From positions 109,430 through 129,429 of the IMG/VR virus record IMGVR_UViG_3300005758_000005: a stretch of 20,000 bases of DNA; one strand, given 5' to 3'. Below, piece by piece: positions 15,130 to 20,000 of the stretch. The DNA comes from an uncultured virus (IMG/VR IMGVR_UViG_3300005758_000005). Its lineage: Duplodnaviria; Heunggongvirae; Uroviricota; Caudoviricetes. The stretch's first letter is position 1. Every line of letters begins with the position of its first letter. Made by a program: the position numbers and the translations under genes. The notes below the pieces were generated by a model. It was given only the letters and a program-made list of their open reading frames with translations, was not told the origin of the DNA and made no database searches.

Positions 15130-15657
15130 ATGACAGTTTTAGAGAAGTATAATTTGGCGGTAGATTTGATAGAGGGTGATGATTCTTTGTATGTTGGTTA
15201 TGTATCTGATGTTGAAGGTCATGTTCCTGTAGTTGTTGATTTATTGTCTTGTTATGGTGGTATTGTTTCTCTTTTATCTGGTATTGGAAAGAAGCGTATT
15301 AATCTTTATTATTTCAATGGTGAGTTAATTTCTAATGTTGATGTTTTAGGAATTTTGTTACGTGAGGTTGATGTAAATAGGGAATCTTGTTTAACTTTAT
15401 TGGATGAGATTTATTCTTATTGTTTTCCTGCTTTACGTTTTGAGGTTAAGATTCTAAGTAATGATGTTGATGCTTTTGTATCTATTATGAAGAGTCTGCG
15501 TGATTTGCGTTTTAGTGTAGAGTCTGGTTCTGTTGTTGTCGAGCCAGTTGTTGAGGAGCCTGTTATTGCTTCTGTTGGTGTTGTTGATGGTGAGGAGATT
15601 GAGGTTGTAGATTTTGAGAGTGAGATTGATTTTGTAGAGGTTAAGAAAAAGAAGTAG
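15130..15657 (+). CDS. Hypothetical protein (likely start MTVLEK)
   Basis: GAGG SD before the ATG at 15130. The upstream in-frame extension is low-complexity T-rich sequence. Confidence 0.75.
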   Translation: MTVLEKYNLAVDLIEGDDSLYVGYVSDVEGHVPVVVDLLSCYGGIVSLLSGIGKKRINLYYFNGELISNVDVLGILLREVDVNRESCLTLLDEIYSYCFPALRFEVKILSNDVDAFVSIMKSLRDLRFSVESGSVVVEPVVEEPVIASVGVVDGEEIEVVDFESEIDFVEVKKKK

Positions 15658-15678
15658 TATTGTGGTTTTGTTTTTTTG

Positions 15679-15710
15679 ATCTGCTCTTTTTATAGGGCAG
15701 ATTTTTTTTT
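15679..15710 (+). terminator. Intrinsic terminator between convergent genes
   Basis: ATCTGCTCT/AGGGCAGAT stem plus a long T-run. Confidence 0.8.
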
Positions 15711-15711
15711 G

Positions 15712-16134
15712 TTATAATCTTAAGATGTCTTTTTCTTTATGTATTTCGATATGGTCAATATTTGAATTTATTGCTAATCTAAAGAATAGTTCAAGGTCTT
15801 CTATTTCTGGGTTATCTACAGGGTTGATTTTTATAATTTTATTGTAGATTGTTTTAAAATCTTTGTTATATAGGAAGAAGAACATGCTATCTTGATTTAT
15901 CATTTCTTTAATTTCTTTTTTGGATAAATTTAAGAGAGCTAAAGTTTTTGATTTGATTGTTATTTGTCCGTTGTATGGGTTATCTGTTACATGTATAGAA
16001 TTTAGTTTTTCACTATATTTTTTAATTTTATCTTCATCATAAGTTTCTAGTTTGTCGATAAAATTCATTAAGAGATTCCAAGTCAAGTGTTGTTTTTGCA
16101 TCATAATATTAGGGTTGTTAAATTGTATATTCAT
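15712..16134 (-). CDS. Hypothetical protein, transcribed toward the putative origin
   Basis: 140-aa ORF preceded by TGA-TACAAT, then 6 nt, then ATG. Confidence 0.7.
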   Translation of the reverse strand: MNIQFNNPNIMMQKQHLTWNLLMNFIDKLETYDEDKIKKYSEKLNSIHVTDNPYNGQITIKSKTLALLNLSKKEIKEMINQDSMFFFLYNKDFKTIYNKIIKINPVDNPEIEDLELFFRLAINSNIDHIEIHKEKDILRL

Positions 16135-16191
16135 GTGTTTATTGTATCATAGGTTTAGGATTGTGTGTGTTGTTTCTAGAATGTTTTATTT

Positions 16192-16410
16192 ATGTGGTAT
16201 AGATATTCTGGTGTAACAATATTATATAAATTTAATAATCAAAAGAAATCTTTAAGGGAGCATTTGGAGGATTTATTTCCAGATGTTAATTCTGTGGATA
16301 TTTTTTATTTAATGAATAGAGTGCGATCAAGAGCTAAGAAATTGGGTGTGTCTGTTGAGGATGTGCTTTATGACATTGCTTTCGATGGTTTATTTAGGGA
16401 TGGCAGATAA
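16192..16410 (+). CDS. Small hypothetical protein (MWYRYS...), possibly DNA-binding
   Basis: 72-aa ORF coupled by TAATG to the next gene. Confidence 0.65.
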   Translation: MWYRYSGVTILYKFNNQKKSLREHLEDLFPDVNSVDIFYLMNRVRSRAKKLGVSVEDVLYDIAFDGLFRDGR

Positions 16411-18626
16411 TGTGGTATAAATTTGCGGCTTTTGCTAAGTTAATTAAAAATCTTTATCCTTATGAGTTTTGGGTTGAAGTAGAAGAGAAAAATGAATTAA
16501 GAGAAATTGTTCCATCATTTAAAAAAATTGTACCTGGGCAAGAAATGGGAATTGTGGCTTGGGGTAAATTATTAAAAACAAGCACCCTCAACACTAAAAA
16601 TGAAAATACATTATTAAATTTTTTATCATCAAGAATTACAGAAGATGCTGAAGGGAAAAAAGTCTATACAAGTGTTTATAAGGGTGATATTTTTTTGGCT
16701 AATCCTATAATTGGTGGATTTTGGATTGAAGAGGAAAACAAAAATGAATTAGGGCAGATTGTAAAAGTCTCTAAAGAAATTGGGTATGGAGATTCATTCA
16801 ATCTTACAGAATGGAAGAAAATATTAAGAACAAATCAAATTAATGCTAAAGATAAAGATAGTTTGAAAAAATTTCTAACTGATGATAAATTCAAAATGAT
16901 CGGTGATAAGAAGTTTTATGTACCTATTCCTTTAGGTAAACCAACATTATTAAAAAATCCTATAGTTGGTGGTTTTTGGATTGAAGAAGAAAAAAAGAAT
17001 GAATTTGGAGAGATTGTAAAAGTCCCTAAAGAAATTGGGTATGAAGAACCTAAAGGTATTAAAGAGTGGAGAAAATTATTAAAAACACACAAAATAAATG
17101 CTGAAGACCTTGATAGTTTGAAAAAATTTCTAACTGATGATAAATTCAAAATGATCGGTGATAAGAAGTTTTATGTGCCTTCATGGCAGGGTGAGGAAGT
17201 TTTAATAAAAAATCCTATTACTGAAGGGTTTTATATAGATGGAGAATTTATTGGTCCAGAGACAACAATGAATATTGCTGATTGGACCAATAAATTGAAA
17301 ACTTTTGCTATAAGATCACGTAAACAAAGTTTACAAGAATTTTTGAGTGATAAATTGACCCGAAACAAGGAAGGTAAATTAGAATATTTCTATGATCCTC
17401 GAGAAATGTATAGAAAATTCTATTTTAAGAATCCTATATCTGAAGGATTTTACTTAGATGGAGACCTTATTGGTCCTGAAACTTTTTTATCAACCTCTGA
17501 TTGGAGAAGATTATTAAGTACTGAAAAAATTGATAAAAACAATCCAAACAGTTTAAGAGATTTCTTAAATCAACCTGGAATTCTGACAGAAATTGATGGA
17601 AAAAAATATTATAATTATACAGGTCAAAAAAGATATATTAAAAATCCATTAAATGAAGTTTTTTGGGTTGAAAAAACACCTATAGAGCCAAATGAAGAAT
17701 TTACGGTTTCAGGATGGGCAAAATTATTAAATACCAGTTGGTTAAACACTACTAATGATGAAGTGCTAAAAGATTTTTTAAGTGATAAAAGAAGATTCAG
17801 GACTCGTAACAACAAAAAAACTTATATACCTGTAAAAAGATCTTCAAGAGAGGGATTATTTTCAGAAAAATTTTATAACTATAATCATGATGACATAACT
17901 GTTAAGGCTGGTAAATATATAATTGTCATGACTAACAAAACTAATATTTTGTATTTAGATTTTGCTTTCATGAAAAATGATAAAATATTGCTTGCTGTCG
18001 AGATCAATGGATATCAACATTATGGTTTTGTAACATTTGGTAAAAAATTATCTTATCAGGATTGGCAAGATGGTTTACTAAGAGATATCTTGAAAATCAA
18101 TTATTGTTATGAAAATAAAATTCCTTTATTAATTTTCAATCATATGTTATCATTGAGCGAATTCAAAAGTATATTGGATAATTTGCATAAAAACCCTCAT
18201 GCTTATGAAAATTTTATCCCCCAACCTGTAATTGACAATAATCCTAAAAACACATCTTTAGAATTTATTAAAAGACAGATTTATTCTCATTTATATCCTG
18301 TTTTTAATGACACAATTACTTTTGAAGATGATGAAGCTAAAAAAAGATATATTAAAGATACCTTGATCTTAATTTCAAAACTTATGGGTGTTTATGAGAA
18401 CGGGATTGATAAAACAGACTATATTAGAGCATTTGATACTAATGTAGATTTAACTTCAAATTACAACATATGTTTAGCAATATATAATTCATTACATCCT
18501 GATTATCCATTAGATAAAGATGAAAAAATCACCTATTCAGATTTATCTAAAAAACCAAGAATTTTTAAAGAAAAACCACTTGAAAAACAGAAACCTAAAG
18601 AAAACTTAATCCCCTCAGAAGAATAG
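16410..18626 (+). CDS. Tandem-repeat protein with a Vsr/DUF559-like PD-(D/E)xK endonuclease domain
   Basis: About six repeats of 70-85 aa (KNP...GF.I....IG.......W.K.L.T..I......L..FL), followed by LYLDF...LAVEINGYQHY...D.LK..YC.ENKIPLLIF. Confidence 0.75.
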   Translation: MWYKFAAFAKLIKNLYPYEFWVEVEEKNELREIVPSFKKIVPGQEMGIVAWGKLLKTSTLNTKNENTLLNFLSSRITEDAEGKKVYTSVYKGDIFLANPIIGGFWIEEENKNELGQIVKVSKEIGYGDSFNLTEWKKILRTNQINAKDKDSLKKFLTDDKFKMIGDKKFYVPIPLGKPTLLKNPIVGGFWIEEEKKNEFGEIVKVPKEIGYEEPKGIKEWRKLLKTHKINAEDLDSLKKFLTDDKFKMIGDKKFYVPSWQGEEVLIKNPITEGFYIDGEFIGPETTMNIADWTNKLKTFAIRSRKQSLQEFLSDKLTRNKEGKLEYFYDPREMYRKFYFKNPISEGFYLDGDLIGPETFLSTSDWRRLLSTEKIDKNNPNSLRDFLNQPGILTEIDGKKYYNYTGQKRYIKNPLNEVFWVEKTPIEPNEEFTVSGWAKLLNTSWLNTTNDEVLKDFLSDKRRFRTRNNKKTYIPVKRSSREGLFSEKFYNYNHDDITVKAGKYIIVMTNKTNILYLDFAFMKNDKILLAVEINGYQHYGFVTFGKKLSYQDWQDGLLRDILKINYCYENKIPLLIFNHMLSLSEFKSILDNLHKNPHAYENFIPQPVIDNNPKNTSLEFIKRQIYSHLYPVFNDTITFEDDEAKKRYIKDTLILISKLMGVYENGIDKTDYIRAFDTNVDLTSNYNICLAIYNSLHPDYPLDKDEKITYSDLSKKPRIFKEKPLEKQKPKENLIPSEE
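16857..17176 (+). repeat. Perfect 65-bp direct repeat (16857-16921 and 17112-17176)
   Basis: Identical gatagtttgaaaaaatttctaactgatgataaattcaaaatgatcggtgataagaagttttatgt copies 255 nt (85 codons) apart. Confidence 0.9.
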
Positions 18627-18636
18627 GGGATTATTT
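18607..18636 (+). terminator. Hairpin overlapping the stop codon, probable terminator
   Basis: TAATCCCCT/AGGGGATTA stem followed by T-rich sequence. Confidence 0.55.
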
Positions 18637-18724
18637 GTTATTCAATATAAGTTGTATGTAATTTTGATAACGGTGACGAATTATAAGAGAAAGATTTATA
18701 AGATTTCTGTTAGGGATTATTATT

Positions 18725-20000
18725 ATGAAAAGATACAGCATTGGTAGTAGGGTTGCTCAGAGTTGGTTAGTGGGTCAGAGTAAATTCTTTTTGGATTTAT
18801 CTGATCGTTTGGATGTTGATGGTTTATATAGAGATTCTGAGAGCTTTTTAAATTACGGTGTTGATTTATCTGGTTTATTGCGTTATTCTGCTGTTGATGA
18901 TGTTAAGGATTTGGGAGATGCTGATGCTGATTCTCCTATTGATGATTTTCCTGATGTTGATTCTTTAGTTGTGGAAGATGTTAATCCTGAAAAAGTTTTG
19001 CGTAATGATGAGTATTGGCATAAAGATGAGAATGATTATGATCTTCCTAATTATGATTCTCCTGGTTTGATTCATAGGGGTGAGATTGATTTTAGTGAGC
19101 AGCCTGATCTTGAGTCTGTTATTGAAGCGATGAGGGCTATGTCTTCTGGTGGTGGTAATGTTTTTAATTGTTTAGTATCTCTATCAAATTATATGTCCGA
19201 GATTAAGGAGGTATTAAGAAGAAATAATATAACTTATGTTCTTGATAAATTTGAGGATATTCATGGGAGGATAGTTAGAAAAGCTCTTTACAGTTATTTC
19301 AAGAATCCATTATTTTTGGAGAATCTTTTAGAGGTTAATAATATTGTCAGGGATATTTTTGAAAGTAATGTAAATCGTGACACTGTGGCTTTATTTAGTA
19401 AGGTTGTTGATTTATATAATGGTCGTGCTAAGAAGTTTAGTGATCGTAGGGAATACATTAAAAAATTTATAGAGGATCGTGTACCTGAATTAAGTTTTTA
19501 TTCTCGTTTGGTAAGTAATTTATTGGATTCTAAAAAAGTTAACATTGAGGTTTATTTAGAACCAATTGAAGATTTTGTCAAGATTCTTCGTTCATTGGGT
19601 GCGGAATCACATGAAATTCTTAATCTTATTTGGGAGATTAGTTATGATAAGGTTCAAACTCTAACTGATAAAAATGAAATTAAAAAAATATTATTTTATT
19701 ATAGATATTTTGGCAGACCTGATTTAAATCCATTCAAAAGTGCTATGTTGGATAATGTTCCTGAGGATTTGTGGCCTGATTTTTTAAGATTAGATTCCAT
19801 AAATTTTATGAAATTTATGTTATCTTATAAGACTTTAATGCCTGATTTGTTCAGTTATATGTTAAAAAATATTGATGGCAATAATATAAAGTTTGGTGAC
19901 AATGTTTATGATATTTATAAAACCTATCATATTTATAAGTTGTGTGGCAAAGAGGCATTATTTGATGAGAATTATTTAGAGGAAAAAATAAATTCTGATC
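18725..20000 (+). CDS. Large hypothetical protein, partial (at least 425 codons, missing from the ORF track)
   Basis: Translated by hand: MKRYSIGSRVAQSWLVGQSKFFLDLSDRLDVDGLYRDSESF..., with no stop codon before the window end. Confidence 0.85.
   Translation, partial: MKRYSIGSRVAQSWLVGQSKFFLDLSDRLDVDGLYRDSESFLNYGVDLSGLLRYSAVDDVKDLGDADADSPIDDFPDVDSLVVEDVNPEKVLRNDEYWHKDENDYDLPNYDSPGLIHRGEIDFSEQPDLESVIEAMRAMSSGGGNVFNCLVSLSNYMSEIKEVLRRNNITYVLDKFEDIHGRIVRKALYSYFKNPLFLENLLEVNNIVRDIFESNVNRDTVALFSKVVDLYNGRAKKFSDRREYIKKFIEDRVPELSFYSRLVSNLLDSKKVNIEVYLEPIEDFVKILRSLGAESHEILNLIWEISYDKVQTLTDKNEIKKILFYYRYFGRPDLNPFKSAMLDNVPEDLWPDFLRLDSINFMKFMLSYKTLMPDLFSYMLKNIDGNNIKFGDNVYDIYKTYHIYKLCGKEALFDENYLEEKINSD

Noticed and set aside
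16857..17176. Diversity-generating retroelement template/variable repeat pair
   Set aside because: The copies are in-frame protein repeats with no adenine-specific mismatch pattern, and no reverse transcriptase is present in the window.
1..20000. Stop-codon reassignment (TAG or TGA), as seen in some large phages
   Set aside because: Recognisable genes are full length in the standard code, and TAG and TGA both end genes at sensible places (e.g. TAG at 15657 and 18626, TGA for uvsE).

Overview
AT-rich (roughly 30% GC by eye), gene-dense segment that looks like a large or jumbo phage genome read in the standard genetic code. From 1 to about 13.5 kb nearly all genes are on the minus strand: small accessory ORFs, a DUF2786 protein, tRNA-Lys(UUU), a tRNA-Leu(UAA) split by a 210-nt group I intron, a Thr/Ser-rich virion-like protein, rIIB and rIIA, a UvsE UV-damage endonuclease, an exported beta-rich protein, an ECF-like sigma factor and an NrdG-like radical SAM protein. 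A non-coding tract of about 1.15 kb (13967-15129) coincides with a sharp switch of the + strand from C/A-rich to G/T-rich and with a switch in gene polarity, which suggests a bidirectional replication origin. It contains phased iteron-like repeats and is approached from the left by about 22 co-oriented CTCGA(A/T)n motifs. To the right lie a tandem-repeat protein with a Vsr/DUF559-like nuclease domain and a long ORF running off the window. Other notable signals are a family of leaderless sigma70-type promoters, a candidate anti-RBS small RNA and structured leaders in front of rIIA and rIIB. All family calls come from motif recognition by eye, with no database searches.
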